Numbered from the stretch's first letter, positions 9,379 through 20,000 are shown. The stretch is 64,000 nucleotides of DNA from Candidatus Latescibacterota bacterium (GCA_965248355.1 OZ252098.1:2560001-2624000), one strand, 5' to 3'. Numbers and translations are program-made. The notes: generated from the letters alone by a model not told the origin.

Positions 9379-10774
9379 GAGGTCGTGTCAAAAGGTGTGT
9401 AAACGAGATCAGGCGGCCCTCTTGTTCCCTTCCCTGGTAGAGGCGTCCTCTTGGATCGGTTTTCCGTCCTGGTATCTCCGACCGGCGTAGACCGCCGGCA
9501 GGAGCTCGGGCGCGTTGAGCTTGCGGAATCGTGTCTCGGCCACCCTCAGCAGGCGCCAGATGAGGGCGGTGGCCCCCTGGACTCGCTTGTAGCGCTTGCC
9601 CGCGTTGGTCCGCAGACGGACCGAGGCAAAGGGGCTCTCCACCGGGTTCGTCGTTCGCAGATGTTTCCAGTGCGCCTCCGGGAAATCGTAAAACGTGACC
9701 ATGCGATCCCAGTCGCGCTCGAGGGTGGCCGCCGCGGCCGGATAGGCCTCGCCGTAGCGAGCCACGAAGCGATCGCGTCGTCTCTGGGCTTGCTGACGGG
9801 TCTTGGCCGTGGGGATCTGCGTCAGCAGCGCCCGGGCGGCGCCCTGCACGCGCTTGGGCAGGTCGTCGAGGACGTTGAGGATCTTGTGATTCCAGCAGCG
9901 CTGCTGCGCGGCCTCGGGCCAGACCTGGTCGACGGCGCTCCAGATCGGCAGGCCGCCATCGGCCAGCATCAGGCGCGGCGCCGGCAGCCCGCGGTCGCGA
10001 AGATCGCGCAGCACGGCTCGCCACGACTCGGTGGACTCGCGATGGCCGGGCCGTATCGCCAGGATCTCCTTGCGGCCGTCGCTCAGGGCCCCGATGACGA
10101 CCAGCAACGCCGCCTTGTCCTTCTCCAGGCCGGCCTTCACGTAGATGCCGTCGGCCCAGGCGTAGACCAACTCCCGGTCGTCCAGGCGCCGCTGCTGCCA
10201 GGTCTCGAACTGCTCTTCCCACGTGGCCCGCAGACGGGCGATGGACGAGGGCGACAGGGGCGCCCCGTCGCCCAGCAGGCCCCGCAAGGCCAGCTCGAAG
10301 TCGCCCTGCGACAGCCCGTGCAGGTAGAGTTCGGGCAGCAGCCGGGTCACCTCCTGCGTGCGTCGCTGGAACAGCGGCAGGATGCGGCTCTCAAAGCGCT
10401 CCTCCAGGCCTCGAATCCGCGGCCGTCTCACCTCGATGGGGCCCGACATCAGCGCCAGCCGCCGCGGCTTGCCGTAGCCGTTGCGCGAGCCCGGGGCGTC
10501 CACCGCCGACCGGCGCGCATACCGCGTACGCCCGAGCGCTTCGGTCACCTCCTCCTCCAGGATCCGCTGCAGCAGGTCCTGGATCCAGCCCCGGACCCAT
10601 CCTTCCAAGGTCTCCCAGGTGGGCATGGACGCGCGGGGGATCTCCAACATAGATTCCTTCACGGCGACTCTCTCCTTCCAAGCCCGGCGTCATCCGGGCG
10701 GTTTGTGGTGTGCTGCTAAAATAGGAAGGGTAGGGTCGCCTTTTCTCTTTTTCCACACCTTTCGATAGTAGCTC
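9379..10774 (-). mobile_element. IS256-family insertion sequence (element 2, distinct from element 1)
   Basis: 8-bp TSD CGGCACGG at 9371-9378 and 10775-10782; imperfect IRs GAG..AAAGGTGTG. Confidence 0.92.
9409..10662 (-). CDS. IS256-family DDE transposase
   Basis: RNGY, WADGIY, LADGG, QRCWNHK, RTTNPVES motifs. Confidence 0.93.
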   Translation of the reverse strand: MKESMLEIPRASMPTWETLEGWVRGWIQDLLQRILEEEVTEALGRTRYARRSAVDAPGSRNGYGKPRRLALMSGPIEVRRPRIRGLEERFESRILPLFQRRTQEVTRLLPELYLHGLSQGDFELALRGLLGDGAPLSPSSIARLRATWEEQFETWQQRRLDDRELVYAWADGIYVKAGLEKDKAALLVVIGALSDGRKEILAIRPGHRESTESWRAVLRDLRDRGLPAPRLMLADGGLPIWSAVDQVWPEAAQQRCWNHKILNVLDDLPKRVQGAARALLTQIPTAKTRQQAQRRRDRFVARYGEAYPAAAATLERDWDRMVTFYDFPEAHWKHLRTTNPVESPFASVRLRTNAGKRYKRVQGATALIWRLLRVAETRFRKLNAPELLPAVYAGRRYQDGKPIQEDASTREGNKRAA

Positions 10775-11672
10775 CGGCACGGACGCCAGCCAGTATCATG
10801 TTTACCAACTGTTGATTGTTGGGCAGTTCCGGCCACGCTCCGCCAGTGGTTGCCCAAGCAATTATGAACTGCTCGCCTTCCCTACCGCCGATCAATATGG
10901 GTACCTTTTCGCCATCTCGCACGGCTATCTCGTCCGAAATACTGCATTCACCCTTGACCATCTCTACTGGCGTCAACTGGTTAAGCTCCTCGATCACCAA
11001 GAACACCGGTACTCGGCCCTTTTGTTGCGATTTGATCTTCTCTTCGGTCTCCCCGGCCACGTGCCGCAAGCTAGGGCTGATGGCGTAATGCTTACTACTC
11101 GTTGACTTTACGAAGTAGTCCACTAGATTTGACGCGACACACGCTTGAACCGAGGGCGACGCATAAATCGTGTGGTGAGGTTCGTCACCGTTCGGACGGA
11201 AATCGATCCCTGGAAACTCGAAGATTTGTGTTCGGCAATACCCACTGATTGTGCAGCAAAACTCCCTACCTCCCATGCCCTCGTACATTTGCCGCACCCC
11301 AAATAGCGTAAAGTTCGCTTCCGGAGCAGCTGGTTCCAGAGACTTCTGACGGTCCACTACTGGTCGATACTTGCTGGTCATTGTGAATGTACTCCTCTTT
11401 GAGTGGCCATTCCGCCTTCAGGCTTTGCCTGCCGTGCCGCGCAAGTGCAGCAACGGCCACCTGATAGAGGGTTAATGGGCGCGTCCCTTGTTAGCCAACA
11501 ATGCCCCCACTGCCTCCTCGACGGCCTTGCCCTCCGCCTTCTCTCGCAGCCATTTCCGGATCTCCCGCCGGGCGACGGTGACCGTCACCTCGCCCCGATC
11601 TTGGTGTAGCTGGGTCAGCTGCTTGGCCGCCCCCAATGCCGCCACTTCTTCCCCGGCTTCCGACACCCGGAA

Positions 11673-12300
11673 GTATAGGAAAAATGAGGCACCCTTTTGG
11701 ACTCTCGGTCAAGGCGCTGAGCGCACCGCAAGGGTCCGGCAGCTCCCTGAGGATCGTTTTGCCAGTCCTTCGACCGAGCTCGCAGTACAGTTGGTTGCCT
11801 GTGGGCCGGTATCCGGATCAATCGGGGGCCTGAGGGACCGTTGAGGTCACACCCCGCCGTACGCCCGGCGATGGCGACGGGTCGACAAGGCAGGTCAGGC
11901 GGCGAACTCGAACAGTGGCTCAGGCGGGGCCCTCGGCGGGGGCATCGCCGGCAGCCCTACCCCCTCCAGATAGGTCCGGATCGAGGGCGGATCGGTCAGG
12001 GCGGCGATGATTCTCAGGCGACCGCCACAGGCCGTGCATTCGCTGAGGTCGGAGGAAAACACCCGCGCCAGCAGGGTCGCCCAGCGCAGCCGATGGCCGC
12101 AGGAGGCAGCGCTCGCCTCGCCGTCCGCCGCCGCCGGCTCGGCAACCGGCTTGGCCGGCACGATGCGGTCGCGGGCCCGGGGCGCCAGGACCCCGTGGTA
12201 GCGTAGGAGATGAAACCGGGGCGGGGGAACCAGAGCCGCCAGCTTCTCCAGCAGTTTCATCGGAGAGAGCAGGAGATGGCTGGTCCCATCCGACCACGAC
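11673..12300 (-). mobile_element. IS91/ISCR-family remnant (C-terminal transposase fragment 11895-12300 plus oriIS-like end)
   Basis: DGTSHL..SP..LLEKLAALVPPPRFHLLRYHGVLAP and W..LL.RVF..D...C..CGG motifs; TTCCTATAC downstream on the minus strand. Confidence 0.8.
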
Positions 12301-12429
12301 AAAAAGGCGCTTTATTAACGCCTATACGTTCCGTGTCGTGAGGGCATCATCGGGCTTCTGACATTCTGACTGGTGGACAATATTCGCGTCCAGCCGCTTC
12401 TGGCTTCGGGCGCATTGGGCGCCAGGAGC

Positions 12430-14067
12430 TCACAGTTTGTTCGAGGGCCATGCAAAAGGGTGCCGGCCGTCGTGCCCGTACGTGAAGAGCGCTGTCCGCC
12501 TCGGTGACTCAGCCTCCCAGCGGTACGCCCCGTGACAGACCGTTCCTCCCAAAAAGAAGAGAACAGACCCGCGACGCATTGGAATGTGACGGATCGGCGC
12601 GCGCTCGTTGCAGGTCCGCACCGAATGCGGCAAGGGGTAACACGACTTGTGACTGCCCGGCACTACGACGAATCCACCATCGTCGGGCCCGACGTCGGAG
12701 AGCTGCCAGGCGACGTTGATGCCCGACCTCGTGTGCACGCGCCCGTTTGCCATCTCGTAGTGCTTGCCGATGCAGGTCGGGTTGGCGTTCCCCGAGTGCA
12801 GCATCTGCCCGCTCGAGCCTTTGACGTGGCACAGGGCCGTGTTCTGAGTTACCCTGTACCCCGGTCCAATCATCCAGTTCAGGTGCTGGATGAGGGCCGG
12901 ATGCGCCAGCATTTTGAGGAAAGGTGCATTGTGCGGCGCCGGCAGCTGAAGCAAGTCCTTCAGGTCCGGCCGGCCCGTGCCCGAGATCGTCGGCGCCCCG
13001 GGGATGTCGGCAAGCGTCACGTCCCCGCCCAGCTTGTTGTCGCCTACGCCCCGGTACACCAGGCGGTCGAGGTTGGCGTCGATGCCCGCCGCGGCCGCAT
13101 CGACCCAATCATCGTCCATGACGCCCTCGATCAACAGGAAGCCCTGGGTGTCAAACGCCCAGCGCTCGGCATGATCATCTCGGCCTTCGAACTCGAGGGC
13201 CGAGGAGGCCCTCTGCGCCGCGTCGGCATCGTCGGCGGAGGTGAGCCAGGTGGTCGTGCCGTCCGACAGGAGCAGGCGCCGCGAGCCACCGCCCGCCAGC
13301 ACGGTTCGCTCGGCCTCGCCCAGCTCTTCCGCCCATGCGGGCAGGGGCTGCTCGTCCTGCTCGTCAGGTGGCCCCTGTGGCCGAGCCGCGCGCGAGATGA
13401 AATCTACCACGAGCAGCTCGCCGCCATCGCCCTGCGGGCAGACCCCGTGCAGCGTGCTGGCGGCGCACAGCAGCACGTCGCCCGCCGCCAGCGCCGGGCG
13501 CTCGGCGAAGCGGCTGGAGGATGGAAACGGTGGGGCCGGCAGCCCGCTCTTGTGCGAGGAGGGCACGACCACCAGCGGGCACTTGCCTTCTGCGGAGTCC
13601 GTGAGGGCGATGGCCCCCACCAGCCCCTGGCACTGCCGGATGCGGACCTCTTCCCAAGAGCCGCCGGCTCGCGTGAGCGGGGTTCCGTCGGCGTTGCGGC
13701 CATTCCACCCCGCCAGGTTGATGTACGCCCGGTCCAGCGTGTGCGCCCCGCCTGCCAGTGGCAGCGAGGCTTCGTCGTACCCTCCTGCGGCGGCGGCAGG
13801 GACGTGCCTCGCAGGGCCGTCCTGGCGAAAGCCATCGCCGCACAGTTCGCGCACGTAGCGTCCGACGGCGCCGGCCTCGCTGCAGAGATCGCCCAGCCCA
13901 TCGCCGCTGTCGCGGCACGCGGACAGCTCGGCTTGGCTGAGGAGTTGCGGCAGCACGAGGAACCCGAGCGCGTCGAAGGTGAAGTTCTGCTCTATGGTAA
14001 GGATCGATGGCTCGTGCACGTGCGTCGCCTCGTTCCAGTGGTTCACGGTGTAGCTGTCGATGCTCAT
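12430..14067 (-). CDS. Tandem-domain phytanoyl-CoA dioxygenase (PhyH)-family Fe(II)/2OG protein
   Basis: Two repeats of FD..GFL…V(V)PxSHK…HG. Confidence 0.85.
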   Translation of the reverse strand: MSIDSYTVNHWNEATHVHEPSILTIEQNFTFDALGFLVLPQLLSQAELSACRDSGDGLGDLCSEAGAVGRYVRELCGDGFRQDGPARHVPAAAAGGYDEASLPLAGGAHTLDRAYINLAGWNGRNADGTPLTRAGGSWEEVRIRQCQGLVGAIALTDSAEGKCPLVVVPSSHKSGLPAPPFPSSSRFAERPALAAGDVLLCAASTLHGVCPQGDGGELLVVDFISRAARPQGPPDEQDEQPLPAWAEELGEAERTVLAGGGSRRLLLSDGTTTWLTSADDADAAQRASSALEFEGRDDHAERWAFDTQGFLLIEGVMDDDWVDAAAAGIDANLDRLVYRGVGDNKLGGDVTLADIPGAPTISGTGRPDLKDLLQLPAPHNAPFLKMLAHPALIQHLNWMIGPGYRVTQNTALCHVKGSSGQMLHSGNANPTCIGKHYEMANGRVHTRSGINVAWQLSDVGPDDGGFVVVPGSHKSCYPLPHSVRTCNERAPIRHIPMRRGSVLFFLGGTVCHGAYRWEAESPRRTALFTYGHDGRHPFAWPSNKL

Positions 14068-14476
14068 AGTCAGACCTCGATGGATTCTGGAGGGTGGATG
14101 GTGTTTTCTGGCATCATCCGCGGCTATGCTACCTGCCGAAAACATCGCTACGGCGGCAAACTAAACAAATTGCGCGTATCTCACAACTACGGTTCCTATT
14201 GAGTAAACTTCAGGAGTAAGCGGTTGGCGGGCGCCGTACGCACTCCGGTGGCCGGATCTTTCGGGACCCGGCGTAGCGTTGGCCGGCGCGTACCCAGGTG
14301 GCGGGCTTGATCTCGTCCCAGTGTTCGATCTTGGCGGTGCGGATGCACTTGCCATCGAGTACGTAGCTCGGGCGTCCATGCATGGCCCTGCTCTACCGTG
14401 TGGCCGGAGACGTTGACGCCGACCCACCGAACCTGCACGCCGCAAATTCCTCCAGTCACTTCCGTCACCGTGGCCG

Positions 14477-15298
14477 TCACGGCTGGGCCTCCCGCGATTC
14501 GAGTGGCAGAGCGTGGCCGAGGTTGGCGGCGAGCAAGGCCCCTTCGCGGAAGTCCTCAGAGTGGTAGAAGGCCCACAGGGCCGCCTCGATTGTTTCCACC
14601 ACATAGAACCCGCCCCGTATGTCCGGAGGCTGGCGATGCTTGAACGAGCCTTCGGCAATGGCGGCGATCTTCCCCGTCAGCGGCCCTCGCTCCCACAGCC
14701 CCTCTACCGGACAGTAGGAGGGCGAGAGGAGGGTCTTCTTCTCGACGCCCCGCAGCGCGTCGACGAGCAGGCCAGCGTAGTAGCGGCAGGCGTCGACCGC
14801 CTCCTGCGCCCCGTGCGTCGTCCGGGAACTGTCGGCGGCCATGCGGATGGGTCCTTCGGCGTCTCCCGCGAAGTACATCGGCACGGGCGCCAGGCGCATC
14901 AGCGAACCGTTACCGGCGGTCTGTGGGTCGGTGGACCCCGCATAGGAGTCGCCACGCGATTCGAAGCGTGACAACGCTGTCCTCACGGTAGTCCCGATAT
15001 CGAAGCATCGCCCGGTCGAGGAGAGGTATCCCTCCTTCCACCAGCGCACGTACCGCTGCATCTGGTCGGTGGCGTCGAACCCGCCCCGCTCGACCAAACT
15101 TGTAGCCAGACAGAGCGCCATCGACGTGTCGTCCGTCCACTGGCCGGGCCTCAGACCGAAGGGCCCGCCTCCGACCATGTCGTCGATGGGCTCGAACGTG
15201 CCTGGCTGCTCGAACTCCAGCGTCGTTCCCAGCGCATCACCGGCCGCAAGGCCCAGCAGGCAGCCCCGGAAGCGGTCCCGCGTTGAGGGCTCGCTCAT
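14477..15298 (-). pseudogene. ADP-ribosylglycohydrolase, C-terminally truncated
   Basis: GDALG, WTDDT, GNGSLMR, S.TTH motifs; homology ends at AANLG before the expected DxDT motif. Confidence 0.8.
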
Positions 15299-15846
15299 GC
15301 GGCGCCTCCCGTCGATGGCTCGGTCCAGTTGCGGACGTACTCGAACTGCTCAGCCGTTTCGGGCGACTCCGGCCGGCGCCAAGCCTTCTCCACGCCCCGC
15401 CACCACTCGGCGACCTGGGCCAGCGCCTCTTCCCCCGTGCGCCCGTGCCGGACAAGCCAGCAGCCGACCACGGTGCCCGTCCGGCCAATTCCACCCCAGC
15501 AGTGGACATACACGGTCCTACCCTCCTCAAGGGCCGCGTCAATGGCGTCGAGGATTACGGCCATCTCGTGGCGGGCGCGCGGTACCTGCACGTCGCGGAT
15601 GGGATACCGCTTGTGCTCCACCCACAGCCCCAGCCGCGTGGCTTCCTCTACTGCAATCCCGGCGTACGGGGCCAACTCGTGCGGCTCCGTCAGGTCGACG
15701 AAGTGGTCGATGCCGGCGCTCATGAGAGCCCGCAGCTTGTCGGCTGCATCCCCGCGGTTCTTGGCGCCCGGGTACTCGCCCGCCGCGAAGCGACCGGACA
15801 CGACCCAGTAGGTGTTCGAGGGACGGTCGATTCCTGATGTGCTCAT
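15295..15846 (-). CDS. Dual-specificity / protein-tyrosine phosphatase-like protein
   Basis: HCWGGIGRTG CX5R loop; AGEYPG and SPET..Q motifs. Confidence 0.92.
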   Translation of the reverse strand: MSTSGIDRPSNTYWVVSGRFAAGEYPGAKNRGDAADKLRALMSAGIDHFVDLTEPHELAPYAGIAVEEATRLGLWVEHKRYPIRDVQVPRARHEMAVILDAIDAALEEGRTVYVHCWGGIGRTGTVVGCWLVRHGRTGEEALAQVAEWWRGVEKAWRRPESPETAEQFEYVRNWTEPSTGGAA

Positions 15847-15895
15847 GCGGAGATGAACGTAGGAACCCTGGACCCCAAGACCGTCCGTGCGGCTA

Positions 15896-17323
15896 TCACC
15901 AACCGAATTCTGAAGGGTTGCTTACCAGTTTGGACAAGAACTGCCGTGTTTGAGGCGCGAGCCGGTATCCGGAGTTCTTCGCCTGCCATGCGAGCAGTTC
16001 CGAGCTCACACCGAATCGCGAACGGAGTGACCGAGCGGCGTGATCTTCGTTGCCTTCATGATCCGAGAGCATCTGTCCGGCGATCTCGCGGGGTAACAGC
16101 AACTCGGCAGCGAAGGCGCGGGCTCGCTTCTCGACGTGCCTGCCGGTCCTGCCGCCGAGCACCTCAACGAGCGGCAATGAACTCGCGCGATCGACTAGGA
16201 GGTGACAAATCTCGTGCGCCAGCGTCGCTCTTCTTCGGGCAGAGCTCGCAGCGTGTCGAGCGTCCGAGTTCGGCAGCACGGCTGGACCGTGACTCGGTCC
16301 CCAGCACCCGATAGCGTCTATGTCCCCAAGCCCGAGGCCTGCGTCGATGAGCGGCACACTCCACGGCACAAGGATCTGCTCGGGATCGACGCGTCCACCG
16401 CGATGAACGATCTCCGGCTCTCCCCGCAGCCAACTGGCCAGCGTGTATCCCTGCGTGAACGGCGGCTCGTCATGCGTGTCAGCAATCACCGTCAGTGCGT
16501 CTTGGGAGGCGCGGTCCAGTTCTGACTCGTCGGACAACGGTACGCGCCTGAGAGCCTCAAGGATCGGTCTCAAAGTAGTCCGCGGCTGCGGTCCGACCAG
16601 TCGCGCCGCGGCCAAGAGTTCATCGGAGCGAGGCGTGGTCCAGTCACGTTCATCCTCGGAGTAGAAGATCGACTCGACCTCGGCCACAAGCTCCGAGGGG
16701 TACCCGGTGGCAGCTTCGATGACCTTCAGCCGGTTGTGGCTGTCTCGTGCATGCCACGACTGGACCGCCTCGCGCGACCGGGCGTCGGACACCCCATTGA
16801 GCCTCGACGCAATGCAGTCCCCGACTTTGCTCAAGACATCGAGTAGCTCGTGGAACGGGGCCCTCGCCGTCGCTGTCGTCGAGGCCGCCCAGCCGGAGTT
16901 GCCGTCTCTCACGATCCACAGCGGCGGCATCGCTGCTCCCTGCACGGCTTCTGCCAGGTCATGAGTCATGCGGTATGCCTCAAGCTGCTCACGCTCAAGA
17001 TCAGACCCCAGAGGTGAGCCCGACTCGACCGCCATCTCGGCGGCTGCGACCATCCGTGGGACGGTGTCCAGAGCGACGCCGAAGGGAGCCCCGTCCTCGA
17101 TGGCCAGGTACAGCCAAGACTCTGCGAGAAACTCCAGAAGCTCGATCCACGTCCACTCGAAGCCCGTGGCCTCGTCCGAGCCGTGCCAGACCGCCTTGCC
17201 CCGCAGGCTCACCCTAAGGCTTCCTCTAGTCGCGTTGGCCGCTGAAGTCCTCGAGCCTCCGGCTAGCCAGTCCAGCGCGAGTTCGATATCGCCGTCGGAT
17301 GACCGTGCTACCAGTTCATCCAT
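15896..17323 (-). CDS. ImmA/IrrE-family Zn metallopeptidase with long N-terminal domain
   Basis: RRRATLAHEICH (HExxH) and EKRARAFAAELLLP. Confidence 0.88.
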   Translation of the reverse strand: MDELVARSSDGDIELALDWLAGGSRTSAANATRGSLRVSLRGKAVWHGSDEATGFEWTWIELLEFLAESWLYLAIEDGAPFGVALDTVPRMVAAAEMAVESGSPLGSDLEREQLEAYRMTHDLAEAVQGAAMPPLWIVRDGNSGWAASTTATARAPFHELLDVLSKVGDCIASRLNGVSDARSREAVQSWHARDSHNRLKVIEAATGYPSELVAEVESIFYSEDERDWTTPRSDELLAAARLVGPQPRTTLRPILEALRRVPLSDESELDRASQDALTVIADTHDEPPFTQGYTLASWLRGEPEIVHRGGRVDPEQILVPWSVPLIDAGLGLGDIDAIGCWGPSHGPAVLPNSDARHAASSARRRATLAHEICHLLVDRASSLPLVEVLGGRTGRHVEKRARAFAAELLLPREIAGQMLSDHEGNEDHAARSLRSRFGVSSELLAWQAKNSGYRLAPQTRQFLSKLVSNPSEFGW

Positions 17324-17664
17324 CGCCGCACCTCCCTCTCGCATCCCTGCTGATTGGCCCGTTGCAGCAGTTCTTGCTTGATGGCCCTCGCGTTACCAGT
17401 GCGCGGGAATCCCGCTGGGTGCTCGGGAAAACCATGGTACGAGGCTCCTGGGTTGGTCGGCGCAGCACGATAGACGACACCGTCTCGGACCGCGTACAGC
17501 CGCTGAGGGTACGGCCGGTTCCAGAAGCGCCTGCGCGTCGGACAGGTTCACGTCGCGGGACACTTGCCGACACGGTTCGGCCCGACTTCGACGAACCCGG
17601 CATAGTCCTTGTTCCAGTGGTGCTTGCGCTTGGGGTTCTCATCCGGTTCGTAGAGCCACGGCAT
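17308..17664 (-). pseudogene. Small toxin-like ORF (not in ORF track), disrupted
   Basis: Manual translation MPWLYEPDENPKRKHHWNKD…GKCPAT*…PYPQRLYAVRDGVVYRAAPTNPGASYHGFP…W*; TGA at codon 39; overlaps ImmA start. Confidence 0.7.
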
Positions 17665-17684
17665 GTCAGTCTCCCGATCCGCCA

Positions 17685-18759
17685 TCAAGGCCAACGCCGC
17701 TCACCTGCCCACGTCACGCAGCCAACCGGCCTGCGGAACAACGATACGATCTTCCGAGCAATGGTGCGTCGGCTCGCACCGGGCCGACTGGACGACCTCC
17801 GGTCAGAAGTTGCCAGGAGGCGGGTACGCCCCGCAACGGCTGGGCGCCGCATCCTCACCCCTTTGTGTCCCAGGTCGGACTCCAGGCTCAGGGCCCGCGA
17901 TTTCTTCCACGGAAAAGCCGAGAGGAAGAGGACGTCCGGGGTCTTCGCCCGGCCCGCAGCCAGCTCCAGGGGCGGGAAGCGGCGCTTGTTCTCCGGCCGG
18001 GAGCGCAGCTCCCAGTCCAGCTCTCCCACCTCGAGCTGGCCGGCCACGCCGTCCCGGAATCCGCTCACCTCCTCGAAGCCCTCGAAAGGGGCTGCGGAAA
18101 TCGGTGGACCAGGGCCGCCCCGGCTCGAGAACCTGCGTCCGGTAGGCCCACTGCCACGACGCCCGCGGCGACTTGGAGCACCAGGGCCTCGACCATGTCC
18201 GTCACCCTCCACTCGGTGCTCACGGCGAGACCGAAGCCTGCTCGTTGACGCCGCCGGTCCAGGCGGAGGGGAAGGTCCCGCCTCCAGGTCGATCGCCACC
18301 CGGGGCCCCTCGATGTCGGGCACGTAGGTCCCCCAGATCACCCCCGGCGAGTACTTGCGGATCCCCTGCCGGAAGGTGATCGGCTGCGGCTCTCCAGCCT
18401 CGTTGACCGCCGTGTTCCGCCCGAAGACGGCGTTGACCCCTCTCCGCACGGTCAACCGCAGGGTCAGGCGCACCTGGCCGTACCCGGGCCGCGAGACCAT
18501 GGCCGGCATCCGCAAGGTCATCTCGATGGCCGCCTCTTCGGGCGTGTTTCTCACCACCCGAACCTGGCCGCGGCATGTTCCGTGTCGTCCCTGCCAGCCG
18601 GCGGGGACCGCCCCCGGGTCCCGGGGGGTCAGGGAGTTGGGCACCTCGAAGACGTCCCACTCGTTCTCCAGCACCACCCGGTCCGGCCGGCCGTCCCCGT
18701 CCGTGTCCTCCTCGAAAGGCCACGCCGAGTGCCAGGATCAGGGGCGGGATCGCTTTCAT
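17685..18759 (-). pseudogene. Decayed secreted-protein remnant
   Basis: Signal-like MKAIPPLILALGVA, then frame changes (DTDGDGRPDRVVLEN…); no continuous plausible ORF. Confidence 0.35.
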
Positions 18760-18830
18760 CGGTTCCATGGGGCATATACCTTCGACGCCGGTTCGACGCA
18801 GGTCCCATCTTCTCGGGGAAAGGGAAGCAA

Positions 18831-20000
18831 ATGAGCACCGACTCGCCATCCACCTACCGCGCCCCCGCCTTCGCCGACTCCAAGCCCGGGCTCGCCGCCC
18901 CGGGCGCCACGCCGGAGCGGCTGGCCCACCTGCAGGAGCACGGCTTCGTCATCATCACCGACTTCGTCGGCAACCCGTGGATTCCCGTCCTGCGCGAGGC
19001 CGGCCGCCGGATCACCGAGGCCTGCGCCCCGGAGATCGGCTACGACCGCATCGACTGCTCCCGGGGCTACGTGCACCGCGCCGCCGAGGACGATCCGTGG
19101 GCCATCCGCGGCCTCATCCACCCCGCCTTCGGGGAGCCGGACTTCGCCGCCTTCCAGGGCTCGCCCGACTTCCTGGGCTTCATCGAGTCCTGGTGCGACG
19201 GGCTGCAGCACGAGGACCTCGTGCTGGGGGGCCTGCTGCTGTGGTGCAACCCCCGCAAGCGCGAGAACAAGCTCGGCTGGCACCGGGACACGACCTGGTG
19301 GGGAACCGGCAAGCCCTACAGGGCCCAGGGCGGCGACGAGCCGGAGGGGCCCGAGGCCTACTCCGAGGAGGTGGAGAGGAAGCGCTGGAAGGAGATCGTG
19401 GCGGGCAATCTCAAGTCCGTCTCCGAGCGCACCGGCGTGAGCATGTTCCTGGCCCTGGTCGACGAGGAGTGCCACGAGCTGGTGCCCGGCTCCCACAACC
19501 GCTGGCGCACCCCCCTGGAGCACGACGTGCTGCTTCCCAAGGGGATGAAGGAGAAGGGGGTCCCCCACACCCCCAGCTGGAACGGCGAGGATCCCCTGCC
19601 CGGCCAGGTCGCCATCCGCCTCAAGGCCGGCGAGGCCCTCATCCGCAACGGGACCACCATCCACACCGGCCACACCCTCCCCGACCGCGAGCGCAACACC
19701 CTCTCCATCGGCTGGTCCAAGTGGGGCGGCCCCTTCACCGGCGAGCCGACCGCGGCCGACGCCCGCAGCGCCTGGCAGCTCGACCCCGCCGTGCGCGAGG
19801 CCCTGCCCCACGACTGGATGAAGACCGCCTGGGACCGCTGGGCCGAGACCCAGAGGCTCGGCGACTCCCTCGAGGACCGCTACGCCGGCTTCGACATCAA
19901 GGCCATCAAGTCCGGCCAAGTCGTCGGCTGGCGCGGCGAGCTGGAGCGCCAGGCGGCGGCGGCGGGCGAGGCCTGGCAGCCGTTCCAGACGGCGGCGTGA
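18831..20000 (+). CDS. PhyH-family Fe(II)/2OG dioxygenase
   Basis: EHGFVII, WHRD (HxD), VPGSH, distal IHTG. Confidence 0.82.
   Translation: MSTDSPSTYRAPAFADSKPGLAAPGATPERLAHLQEHGFVIITDFVGNPWIPVLREAGRRITEACAPEIGYDRIDCSRGYVHRAAEDDPWAIRGLIHPAFGEPDFAAFQGSPDFLGFIESWCDGLQHEDLVLGGLLLWCNPRKRENKLGWHRDTTWWGTGKPYRAQGGDEPEGPEAYSEEVERKRWKEIVAGNLKSVSERTGVSMFLALVDEECHELVPGSHNRWRTPLEHDVLLPKGMKEKGVPHTPSWNGEDPLPGQVAIRLKAGEALIRNGTTIHTGHTLPDRERNTLSIGWSKWGGPFTGEPTAADARSAWQLDPAVREALPHDWMKTAWDRWAETQRLGDSLEDRYAGFDIKAIKSGQVVGWRGELERQAAAAGEAWQPFQTAA

Larger units (their letters stand above)
8015..11381 (-). pseudogene. HEPN-motif (ApeA-like) protein of ~368 aa, split by IS5 and IS256
   Basis: Removing both ISs plus one TSD copy each restores the frame (…GVRAG|QQTSDPIRK… and …DDAYQ|RLQYLQLW…); C-terminal RNDIAH RxxxxH motif. 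Confidence 0.8.

Noticed and set aside
17548..17550. Selenocysteine or readthrough TGA in the small toxin-like ORF
   Set aside because: The adjacent frame reads DVNLSDAQALL, which fits the paralogue's helix; a frameshift plus deletion explains it better
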